64,000 nt of DNA, taken from assembly GCA_963794025.1 (NCBI GenBank), contig CAWCCK010000018.1, positions 2,706 to 66,705 of the forward strand. Reading direction: 5' to 3'. Below, piece after piece: positions 56,803 to 64,000 of this stretch. The position numbers and the translations under genes are program-made. Source of the DNA: Ignavibacteriota bacterium. Lineage in GTDB: Bacteria > Bacteroidota > Ignavibacteria > Palsa-1295. Under the pieces are notes generated by a model, which made no database searches, was not told where the DNA came from, and worked only from the letters and a program-made list of their open reading frames with translations. How positions within the stretch are numbered: the stretch's first letter is position 1; each line of letters starts with the position of its first letter.

Positions 56803-57490
56803 TGTTGCAGCGATATTGGTTGCCGGAGGGTCGTCCGTTCGCTTCGGAACTCGGAAGCAATTCGAGCTTTTGGGTGATGTGCCGATATATCAATATGTGG
56901 CGAGAACTTTTTCGTGCGTTGAATCCATCCATACAATAGTTCTCGTTGGTCCACCGTCCGATATAGCAGAAATGGAAGCCGGTTTGCAAAGCATGAATTT
57001 GCCGATGCAATGGAAAGTTGTCGCTGGCGGCGAAACGCGACAGGAATCGGTGGCGAATGGACTGCGCGCAATATCCGGGAATGAAATCAACATTGCGATC
57101 GTGCATGATGCAGCCCGCGCATTAGTGGAGGACGCGCTTATTCGTTCCGTGATCGAAGCGATCCGAGAGCATGGGGCGGCGGTGGCCTGTATCCCCGTTG
57201 TTGATACGATAAAGCGTGCAGTAGAAAACGAAATTATAGAAACGATCCCGCGCGAAAACCTGTGGAGCGCGCAAACCCCGCAAGGCGCGAGGGTAGAACT
57301 CCTCCGCGCCGCGCACGACAACGCCCGCAAAGCCAATGTTCAGGCCACCGATGAATCGCAGCTTTTGGAACGCACCGGCATTCACCCACGTATAGTAAAA
57401 GGCAGCGAGCTGAATTTCAAGATCACCTATCCGAGCGATCTGGAACGAGCGCGACTGACCATTCAAAAGCATGGGTTTCTTAGAGAATGA
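56795..57490 (+). CDS. ispD: 2-C-methyl-D-erythritol 4-phosphate cytidylyltransferase
   Basis: AILVAGGSSVRFG...KQF motif and IspD fold. The start is set at MRDVAAIL. Confidence 0.8.
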   Translation: MRDVAAILVAGGSSVRFGTRKQFELLGDVPIYQYVARTFSCVESIHTIVLVGPPSDIAEMEAGLQSMNLPMQWKVVAGGETRQESVANGLRAISGNEINIAIVHDAARALVEDALIRSVIEAIREHGAAVACIPVVDTIKRAVENEIIETIPRENLWSAQTPQGARVELLRAAHDNARKANVQATDESQLLERTGIHPRIVKGSELNFKITYPSDLERARLTIQKHGFLRE

Positions 57491-57606
57491 ACATTCTACA
57501 TCTTTCACAACGTTTTCCATTACGTTTGTGTTAAACGACACCTGCACCAAAGCAAAATTGCGAAAATAGGCTGTTTTTGCCAAAAACGGAGGAATTTCAG
57601 TAAGGA

Positions 57607-58272
57607 ATGATCAATTTAACGTTCGTCATTATCGCGAGCTATCTTATCGGCTCGATACCATTCGGTATTATTATTTCGAAAAAATTTCGCGGATTCGACA
57701 TCCGCACGAAAGGATCGGGGAACATCGGTTCCACGAACGCTTTTCGAACGCTGGGCTGGAAACTCGGCCTGACCGTTCAGTTGCTCGATCTCGCGAAGGG
57801 CTTCGGCGTCGTTCTGCTTGCCACGTTCCTTTATAATGGACTTCCATTCCATAATGCAACGCCATTTCAGGATGTCACCGTTTTCCGATTGATCGCAGGT
57901 TGCTCGGCGGTGCTTGGGCATGTATTTACGATCTTCGCAGGATTTCGTGGCGGCAAAGGTATCAGCACTGCTGCCGGTATGATGATCGGCATTGCGCCGG
58001 TAGAGGTTGCCGTTGCGGTAGGGATTTTTCTTTTGGTGGTACTCTTCAGCGGTTACATTTCGCTGGGATCGATCATCGCGGCCATCACGCTTCCCACGAC
58101 GATGTTCCTTCGAGAGAATGCGTTCGGCGTTCAGATCATCGGCTATAATACGCTGATCGTTTTTGTGATCGGTCTTTCTGCGTTCCTGATCTATACACAT
58201 CGTTCGAATATCGGTCGGTTGCTTGCGAACCGTGAACATCGGTTCGATAAGCTCAGGATATTTCGAAGCTAA
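57607..58272 (+). CDS. plsY: Glycerol-3-phosphate acyltransferase PlsY
   Basis: GSIPFG...GSGNIGSTNAFR...GGKG signature. Confidence 0.85.
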   Translation: MINLTFVIIASYLIGSIPFGIIISKKFRGFDIRTKGSGNIGSTNAFRTLGWKLGLTVQLLDLAKGFGVVLLATFLYNGLPFHNATPFQDVTVFRLIAGCSAVLGHVFTIFAGFRGGKGISTAAGMMIGIAPVEVAVAVGIFLLVVLFSGYISLGSIIAAITLPTTMFLRENAFGVQIIGYNTLIVFVIGLSAFLIYTHRSNIGRLLANREHRFDKLRIFRS

Positions 58273-58314
58273 ATTTTCCCATCTCATTTCGATGAGATTT
58301 AATGGTGCAGCGCA

Positions 58315-59313
58315 ATGAAGACCGCAGTAATTGGCGCGGGCGGTTGGGGCACAACGCTTGCCCGTGTGCTTCATGAGCGAGGGCATGATGTTACCTTGTG
58401 GGCACGCCGTGAGGCCTTCGCAGAACAAATCCGAAATGCACGAGAGAACGCGGTGTATCTTCCAGGGATCGAAATCTCGCCGCTCATCAAGATCACGCAC
58501 GATGCTTCTGCGCTCGAAGGGAACGATCTGTACGTCTTTGCGCTGCCAAGCCAGGCTACGCGGGAAGTAATTAGCGAACTTGCTCCTCACATCTCCCACG
58601 GCAACGCGGTTTACGTCAGCGCCTCGAAAGGTATCGAACGAAAAACGCTGTTGCGCGTAACGGAAGTAATTTCCGAATCGCTTTCGGTGGAACCATCCCG
58701 AACGGTTGCGCTGTCCGGACCGAGCCATGCGGAAGAAGTTGCTCGTCAGGTTCCCACCGCCATCGTTGCCGCAAGTGTGGAACACGATGTAGCCCGTGAA
58801 GTGCAGTCTGCTTTTTTCCTTCCCTATTTCCGAGTCTATTCCAGTTCCGATGTCGTGGGTGTGGAACTCGCTGCTGCGTTGAAGAATGTGATCGCGATCT
58901 GCGCCGGTATTACCGATGGCGCCGGTTTCGGCGATAACACCAAAGCGGCCCTCATGACGCGCGGCCTTGCCGAAATGCGCCGATTGGGCATCGCGCTCGG
59001 CGCCGAAGAGCATACCTTTAGCGGTCTTGCGGGACTTGGCGATCTTGTCGTGACGTGTTCCAGCAAACATTCCCGCAACCGTTTCGTCGGCGAACAAATT
59101 GGGCGCGGCAAAAAGCTTTCCGAAATTCTGCATGGCATGAAATCCATCGCCGAAGGCGTTGCAACGGCGGAATCCGCGAAGAATCTTGCCGAGCTTCATA
59201 AAATTGAAATGCCGATCGTGCAGGAAACCTACAAAATTCTTTTCGAACATAAAAATCCCCGCGAGGCCACGAACGATCTCATGAGCCGCGATATGAAGGC
59301 GGAGCGCTGGTAA
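58315..59313 (+). CDS. gpsA: NAD(P)H-dependent glycerol-3-phosphate dehydrogenase
   Basis: N-terminal GAGGWGT Rossmann motif and the GpsA catalytic region (NVIAICAGI.DG...N...A). Confidence 0.85.
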   Translation: MKTAVIGAGGWGTTLARVLHERGHDVTLWARREAFAEQIRNARENAVYLPGIEISPLIKITHDASALEGNDLYVFALPSQATREVISELAPHISHGNAVYVSASKGIERKTLLRVTEVISESLSVEPSRTVALSGPSHAEEVARQVPTAIVAASVEHDVAREVQSAFFLPYFRVYSSSDVVGVELAAALKNVIAICAGITDGAGFGDNTKAALMTRGLAEMRRLGIALGAEEHTFSGLAGLGDLVVTCSSKHSRNRFVGEQIGRGKKLSEILHGMKSIAEGVATAESAKNLAELHKIEMPIVQETYKILFEHKNPREATNDLMSRDMKAERW

Positions 59314-59410
59314 ACCACGATTTTAGGGATTTAGAGGATTAAAAGGAGTGCGAAATAATAGTGGTGAACGAATCGAGCTTCTGTTGCTTTTAGTATCCTG
59401 AGGTACCATT

Positions 59411-59965
59411 ATGTTATTAACCACCGAAAAGCGATATACGAAAGAGGATTTCGAGCGGTTGCCCGAAGGTGCGCCGTATCAATTGATTGCAGGAGAATTA
59501 GTTATGAGTCCGAGTCCCACATTTTTTCACCAAGAGATCGTTGCTAATATTCTGGAAAAGCTCCGGCCTTTTGTTCGAAAGAACGGTCTCGGCCAGCTTG
59601 CGCTTTCTCCATTAGATGTTCATCTTACAGAGGAGGATATTTATCAGCCAGACCTTATCTTCATTCGGAAGGAAAATCTGACGCGTATCGAACCGCATGA
59701 TCGCATTCACTTCGTTCCAGATCTGGCGATCGAAGTGCTTTCGCCATCGACGGCCTATTACGATTATTCGCATAAGAAAAAAGTATATGCTGAACGCGGG
59801 GTCAAGGAATATTGGATCGTCGATCCGCAGGATAAAACAATCGAGATCATGGTAAACGATAACGGAATGTTCCGAACAGAAGCATTGCTTGGAGAATCCG
59901 GCACAGTTGAATCCACCATGTTTCCCGGGTTCAGGATGAATGCCGAAGAAGTTTTCGCGCTCTGA
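59411..59965 (+). CDS. Uma2-family (DUF820) putative endonuclease
   Basis: PDL...IEVLSPST...EYWIVDP are PD-(D/E)xK motifs characteristic of Uma2. Confidence 0.7.
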   Translation: MLLTTEKRYTKEDFERLPEGAPYQLIAGELVMSPSPTFFHQEIVANILEKLRPFVRKNGLGQLALSPLDVHLTEEDIYQPDLIFIRKENLTRIEPHDRIHFVPDLAIEVLSPSTAYYDYSHKKKVYAERGVKEYWIVDPQDKTIEIMVNDNGMFRTEALLGESGTVESTMFPGFRMNAEEVFAL

Positions 59966-59978
59966 TAATTTTTTATAC

Positions 59979-60962
59979 ATGCTTCGAATAGGAATTGCCG
60001 GAATCGGTCATTTAGGAAAAATTCACGCTAAGCTTTGGAAAGAAGTCGAAGGCGTTGCCGTCACGGGAATTTATGATGCAAATTCCGACGCCGCGAACGC
60101 CATTTCGAACGACTTAGGCATCGAAAGCTTCGAGAACTATTCTGCATTCTTGCAACAGGTCGATGGGCTTTCCATCGTAACGTCCACGCCTTCGCATTAT
60201 GAAATCGCAAAGCAAGCTATCGTTGCAGGTAAGCATGTCCTGATCGAAAAACCGATCACTACCACCACCGAGCAAGCCGAAGAACTGATAGCGCTCGCAA
60301 AAAAGCATAACGTAAAAATTCAAGTCGGGCATATCGAGCGATTCAATCCCGCGCTGCTGGCTGCGGAACCATATCTCGACGATCCCCGCTTTTTCGAATC
60401 GCACCGCATGGCGCAGTTCCAGCCGCGCGGCAGCGATGTCGCCGTCGTGCTCGACCTCATGATTCATGACATTGATGTCATTCTCTCGCTCGTGAAATCG
60501 CCGGTGAAATCGATAGATGCTTCGGGAGTTGCCGTCGTATCTGAGGAACTCGACATTGCTAACGCCCGCATCAAATTCGAGAATGGCGCCGTTGCCAACG
60601 TCACCGCCAGCCGCATTTCCCAAACGCCGATGCGCAAGCTCCGTATTTTTGCCAAGGAAGCGTATCTTTCGCTCGATTTCGGAACCAAATCCGCCGATAT
60701 TTTCCGTCTTATCTCCGGCGATGAAAAAGCTCATCACGGAGGTCTTACCATGAAACTTGGCCAGATCGAAAAAGGGAATATCCCGCGCACGATCGTTTAT
60801 GAAAAGCCCGACGTCCGCGATCTGAACCCGCTCAAATTCGAACTTGAAATGTTCCGCGATGCCATTCTGAAGGATACCACCCCCCTCGTCTCCGGAGAAG
60901 ATGGACTGAACGCCCTCCGCGTAGCCGAGATGATCCTGAAAGCCATCGAAGAGGGGATGTAA
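59979..60962 (+). CDS. Gfo/Idh/MocA family oxidoreductase
   Basis: N-terminal Rossmann GIAGIGHLGKIH and an EKP motif (HVLIEKP). Confidence 0.75.
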   Translation: MLRIGIAGIGHLGKIHAKLWKEVEGVAVTGIYDANSDAANAISNDLGIESFENYSAFLQQVDGLSIVTSTPSHYEIAKQAIVAGKHVLIEKPITTTTEQAEELIALAKKHNVKIQVGHIERFNPALLAAEPYLDDPRFFESHRMAQFQPRGSDVAVVLDLMIHDIDVILSLVKSPVKSIDASGVAVVSEELDIANARIKFENGAVANVTASRISQTPMRKLRIFAKEAYLSLDFGTKSADIFRLISGDEKAHHGGLTMKLGQIEKGNIPRTIVYEKPDVRDLNPLKFELEMFRDAILKDTTPLVSGEDGLNALRVAEMILKAIEEGM

Positions 60963-61258
60963 GGTCGGTTCATCCTCGAAATTCGCTCACTTTCGCCAGT
61001 TGTCTTTTAGCAATAGGTGCCAATTACGCGCGCACGCATTTGTTTTTCATTAACTCATGCAGTTATCCATCAGTTTTTCATTAATTTCACGATGAAAACT
61101 ATGTTCCCGATTTTCAAAGAACCACCGAGCATCTACTCTTAATTCATACTTCTTAACGCTTCATTGATATAGGTGCCCATCAAAGTAGTACCAATATAAG
61201 CAATTAAAAGGGCCATGTCAAGGGGTTGCGAAAGATTTATGGAAAATATTTTTCAGTG

Positions 61259-61446
61259 CCGTAGGCACGGCATCTTTGTAGCCCAGGGCGTCAGCCCTGG
61301 GTTTGCGATTTTATTAGAGCCAGGAGTCCCGGAGGGACGGTATATTATTTGGGACGGGGAATATGCCGTCCCGATGGGACTCCGGAGGTGTTGCGCTCAT
61401 CTACCCCGCGCTTACGCACGGGGCTACAAAGATGCCGTCCCTACGG
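61259..61446. mobile_element. ~190-nt highly structured palindromic element with 26-bp terminal inverted repeats (CCGTAGGCACGGCATCTTTGTAGCCC / GGGCTACAAAGATGCCGTCCCTACGG) and nested inner hairpins
   Basis: The outer arms have one mismatch. Inner hairpins are cagggc-gtca-gccctg, ggagtccc...gggactcc and gggacgg-ggaatatg-ccgtccc. The termini match the family at 27450 and 62941. Confidence 0.65.
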
Positions 61447-61474
61447 GACTAAAAATTCCCGGTTCGGCCGCCCC

Positions 61475-62797
61475 TCATTCCTTCACAAATTTCGCCCGCC
61501 TCTTCCCATCGCTTACGAAATACACGCCGGATGGAAGCGAGGAAATATCAATCGTGTTGCCGGTTTGCTTTACTTCATAACTGCGGCCAAGCGGATCGAG
61601 AATAGAAATTTTTTCTTCACTCGATGTAATTTGAATTTTGACAGTTGTGGGATTAGGGAAAATGGAGAAATTCTGCTGCGAAATATCTGGAGCATTAACG
61701 CTCGAAGGAACCGGCTCTAAATAGGCAACCAAGTTCGATCCAAGAGAGTCGTCGTCAGGCGCGATAATCGCTATGACACGCCCTGATTGCGTAACTGCAA
61801 CCGACTGAATCCAATAATAAGACTCACCATCGTCAAGTGGCACCGTGTCTGCTTGCCACGTTTCGCCGTGGTTTGCGCTCATCAATACTCGACCAGCAGA
61901 ATCAACCCCAGCTATAACAATAGGATTTTGATCGAACGGCGTGATTACCTGCGGATTCATATAAATAGATGGCAGTGGAAGTTCCGACCAATCATTCCCC
62001 AAGTCCGAGGAAACCCATAACATGACGGAAGAATCAGTGTGTGTGGAATCCCACTGAGTGCCAACGATTTCCAATGAGTCGCCATTGCCAAAAACTAAAA
62101 ATGAGGGCGAGGCAATGGAACTATTAATAGAATCGCTCAACTGCATAAGCGATGTATCGATCGTTCTCCAATCATCGAATGAGGTATAGATCGAATTCGG
62201 AGGTCCAAAGGCTCGGAATGTGCCGCTGCCATAAGAATGGCAGGTTCCCGTAACATCGTTATGCATAATTTCTTGATCCCAATGCTTTCCAGTGTCCAAC
62301 GTAGTGAGAAAGAAACCGAATCCTTCGCTGACCATGCCTTCGCCAGCACTCGAAAAATCAACATTGTAAAATGCATAACCGGAATTAAGGCTGGTATCTT
62401 GCGTAAATGTTCTCCAGCCATCGAAGGTGCGGATAATCGCTCCGCCACTCATATCGACCGCGATCGCATCGAGCGAATCTATTTGCTGAACCTTATCAAA
62501 GTAAAGATGGGTCTTCCCCTGATTGTTATAACTCCACTGTGGCACGGAGTCCACCGAAATCCACGTTTGCCCTCCATCAGAGCTATGTAAGAGAATACAC
62601 GAATCGTATGAATTTTTGCTATAAGTGACACCTACAGCCGTACAATTCTCACCGTGACAGGACACATTCGAAAATCCGAAAAAAGATGTATCAATTCTGT
62701 CAGGGATGACGATGTGCCAGCGAAATTGTGCATTCGCGCCCGAAACGAATGTGAGGCATGAGAACAGCGCGATAAGGCCGATCTTCGATTTAAGCAT
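61475..62797 (-). CDS. BNR/Asp-box repeat (sialidase / Ycf48-like beta-propeller) protein with T9SS C-terminal sorting domain
   Basis: Signal peptide, three S-x-D-x-G-x-T/H-W Asp-boxes (SDGGQTW, TLDTGKHW, SANHGETW) and the T9SS CTD (ISSLPSGVYFV). Confidence 0.65.
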   Translation of the reverse strand: MLKSKIGLIALFSCLTFVSGANAQFRWHIVIPDRIDTSFFGFSNVSCHGENCTAVGVTYSKNSYDSCILLHSSDGGQTWISVDSVPQWSYNNQGKTHLYFDKVQQIDSLDAIAVDMSGGAIIRTFDGWRTFTQDTSLNSGYAFYNVDFSSAGEGMVSEGFGFFLTTLDTGKHWDQEIMHNDVTGTCHSYGSGTFRAFGPPNSIYTSFDDWRTIDTSLMQLSDSINSSIASPSFLVFGNGDSLEIVGTQWDSTHTDSSVMLWVSSDLGNDWSELPLPSIYMNPQVITPFDQNPIVIAGVDSAGRVLMSANHGETWQADTVPLDDGESYYWIQSVAVTQSGRVIAIIAPDDDSLGSNLVAYLEPVPSSVNAPDISQQNFSIFPNPTTVKIQITSSEEKISILDPLGRSYEVKQTGNTIDISSLPSGVYFVSDGKRRAKFVKE

Positions 62798-62940
62798 GGA
62801 TTTGCAGGTTATTAAAGTAAAAGATAGAGGGGATAAATAAGGTACTTAAACCCTCCATTGTTTAAAACGCACTGGGTCGCTCGGGTTACAAAAAAATCTT
62901 TAACAAAATGCGTGTCAAAGAGACAACTGCGCTAATTTGA

Positions 62941-63001
62941 TCGTAGGGGCTAATGGCATTAGCCCATTTTGTCCAAAGGGCTAATGCCATTAGCCCCTAC
63001 G
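62941..63001. mobile_element. Perfect 25-bp-arm palindrome TCGTAGGGGCTAATGGCATTAGCCC-N11-GGGCTAATGCCATTAGCCCCTACGA
   Basis: Read directly. It shares the CGTAGGG/CCCTACG termini with the family above. Confidence 0.65.
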
Positions 63002-63090
63002 ATTCGATTATCTCTACAATTCCATCCCCGCCAACTTCTTCAACTGATGAATCTCTTGCAGTGTTAGCGGGCGGGATTCGCCGCGGGGCA

Positions 63091-63351
63091 TTATGTATAG
63101 ACCAACACTTTCCCAATCGTCTTCAGCTTCTCGCGACTTCGTTCCAATTCCCGCTCGATGTTTTCCAATTTCCGGACGGTCGCGCGGTCAAAATATCGCT
63201 CGCCGCATTGAGTGCATACCAGCGCATCGACGGCGACATAAATAATGTCGTCAGCGACGTGAATTTCCTCGCGTACACTGCGCGGCACAATTTCCTCGCC
63301 GCGGCAGATCACGCACTTCATTTGTTTCGCCTCTTCTTGTACGCTATCCAT
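63091..63351 (-). CDS. YgiT-type zinc-finger protein (MqsA-like putative antitoxin)
   Basis: Two CxxC pairs (CVICRG...CTQCGE) in the TIGR03831-like arrangement. Overlaps the upstream DUF4258 gene by 34 nt. Confidence 0.6.
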   Translation of the reverse strand: MDSVQEEAKQMKCVICRGEEIVPRSVREEIHVADDIIYVAVDALVCTQCGERYFDRATVRKLENIERELERSREKLKTIGKVLVYT

Positions 63352-63647
63352 AAAACTGGGTTCGGATGGTAAACAGTTACGACCGTCGTTCGATCGAAGT
63401 TAGTATTATAACCAAATACTGCATGAATTGGTCTCCCGGCTGAATTTGTTCCAAAAACCAAGCACGCGGGCCAGGGAAACGCATCGGGATACTCCTCGAT
63501 AATCTCTCCATTAATCAGAGCTTCCAAAACATCATCGTCGTAAATGCGTCCGAATTCGTCATTTTTCATTTCGTCCAGAGCGTGATCGCTATACCGAACG
63601 CGGCCTTTTTCGAAGCAAAGACGGAGATGAGAAATATCGAATTGCAT
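63318..63647 (-). CDS. DUF4258 domain protein (putative toxin of a DUF4258/zinc-finger TA pair)
   Basis: 109 aa. The H.L.....RV.......A..EM..D......I...L..GEIIE.YPD pattern is typical of DUF4258. Confidence 0.55.
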   Translation of the reverse strand: MQFDISHLRLCFEKGRVRYSDHALDEMKNDEFGRIYDDDVLEALINGEIIEEYPDAFPWPACLVFGTNSAGRPIHAVFGYNTNFDRTTVVTVYHPNPVLWIAYKKRRNK

Positions 63648-63668
63648 TTTAGAATATGCTAAGATTGC

Positions 63669-64000
63669 TCAACTTTCCATCCCCGCCTCTTTCTTCAACC
63701 GATGGATCTCTTGTGGCGTAAGCGGGCGGGATTCGCCGCGCGACATGCCGCGGTGCGTGAGTCCGGCAAAGGTTACGCGGTCGAGTTTTTCTACTTCGTA
63801 TCCTAAGGTTTCGAAGATACGGCGCACCTCGCGGTTCTTTCCTTCCTTAATTTTCAGCTCGATCTCCATGGGCGTTTCCATGATGGAAAGTTCCGCCGGG
63901 CCGGTTACGTCGCCTTCGCCGATGTCAAGTCCACCGGCAGCGATTTTCTTTGCGTCTGAAATCTCTAATTTTTTATCGAGCGTAATGTGATATTCCCGCT
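63669..64000 (-). CDS. Pseudouridine synthase (RsuA/RluB family) C-terminal portion; gene continues beyond the window
   Basis: C-terminal KEGKNREVRRIFE..G..V..L.R motif. Confidence 0.55.
   Translation of the reverse strand, partial: REYHITLDKKLEISDAKKIAAGGLDIGEGDVTGPAELSIMETPMEIELKIKEGKNREVRRIFETLGYEVEKLDRVTFAGLTHRGMSRGESRPLTPQEIHRLKKEAGMES

Noticed and set aside
60884-60915. 'accacccccctcgtctccggaga' in the Gfo/Idh/MocA gene as a degenerate element copy
   Set aside because: It shares only the ACCACCCCCC head. It has no CCCCCGCC/GGCGGGGG hairpin, and the encoded peptide (DTTPLVSGEDG) looks native.
61215-61720. ORFs 61215-61580 and 61349-61720 (+)
   Set aside because: They lie within and over the highly palindromic 61259-61446 element and the 3' end of the BNR/T9SS gene. 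Their Arg/Gly/Pro-rich composition comes from the repeats.
62953-63372. ORF 62953-63372 (+)
   Set aside because: It starts inside the 62941-63001 palindrome and runs antisense to the DUF4258/zinc-finger pair. No motif support.

Overview
This 64-kb window appears to come from a Bacteroidota/Chlorobiota-group (FCB) bacterium. The evidence for that placement is T9SS C-terminal sorting domains, Bacteroidetes-type TTG/TAnnTTTG promoter motifs, and a short nuoABCD-type complex I gene set. Most of the content is housekeeping, starting with an RNase J-like enzyme, FtsB, a ROK glucokinase, PyrF, three tRNAs and GltX. It continues with an OmpA/TSP3 protein, transketolase, a SulP transporter, PPK2, QueG and nuoABCD followed by a Rieske protein. 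Further along are cyclophilins, MFS and ZIP transporters, ALDH, an acyl-CoA dehydrogenase, a LemA/TPM pair, Pta, SurE, an FtsX-like protein, IspD, PlsY, GpsA and a Gfo/Idh/MocA oxidoreductase.

Accessory content is a standalone fused type IIG restriction-modification enzyme, three tandem T9SS-cargo paralogues (one decayed), a DUF4258/YgiT toxin-antitoxin pair, an orphan DUF2283 gene and a Uma2 nuclease. There is also a KamA (lysine 2,3-aminomutase)-GNAT-2x Ddl-like ATP-grasp cluster that may make a beta-lysine-derived metabolite.

The most unusual signal is the density of small structured repeat families:
(1) A GC-rich palindromic element (CCACCCCCC..CCCCCGCCTTnnnAAGGCGGGGG..GGTGGTT) is inserted in frame, without disrupting the ORF, into ROK glucokinase, transketolase and twice into the RM enzyme.
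(2) There are hairpins whose arms are tandem AATTA(T/C/A)GAA heptamers, concentrated around the tRNAs.
(3) Three elements are bounded by CCGTAGGG...CCCTACGG terminal inverted repeats.
(4) A REP/MITE-like element 'cattcccgcgaaagcgggaatgaca' occurs twice.
(5) A same-strand GCGTAATCCAGGT box occurs four times.
(6) A TGTAGCGCAAACTTTAGTTTGCGA operator-like repeat occurs at two loci.

Four genes (PP2C/GAF phosphatase, PlsC, the TPM protein and a small secreted protein) show frameshift disruptions. These are either real pseudogenes or assembly indels.
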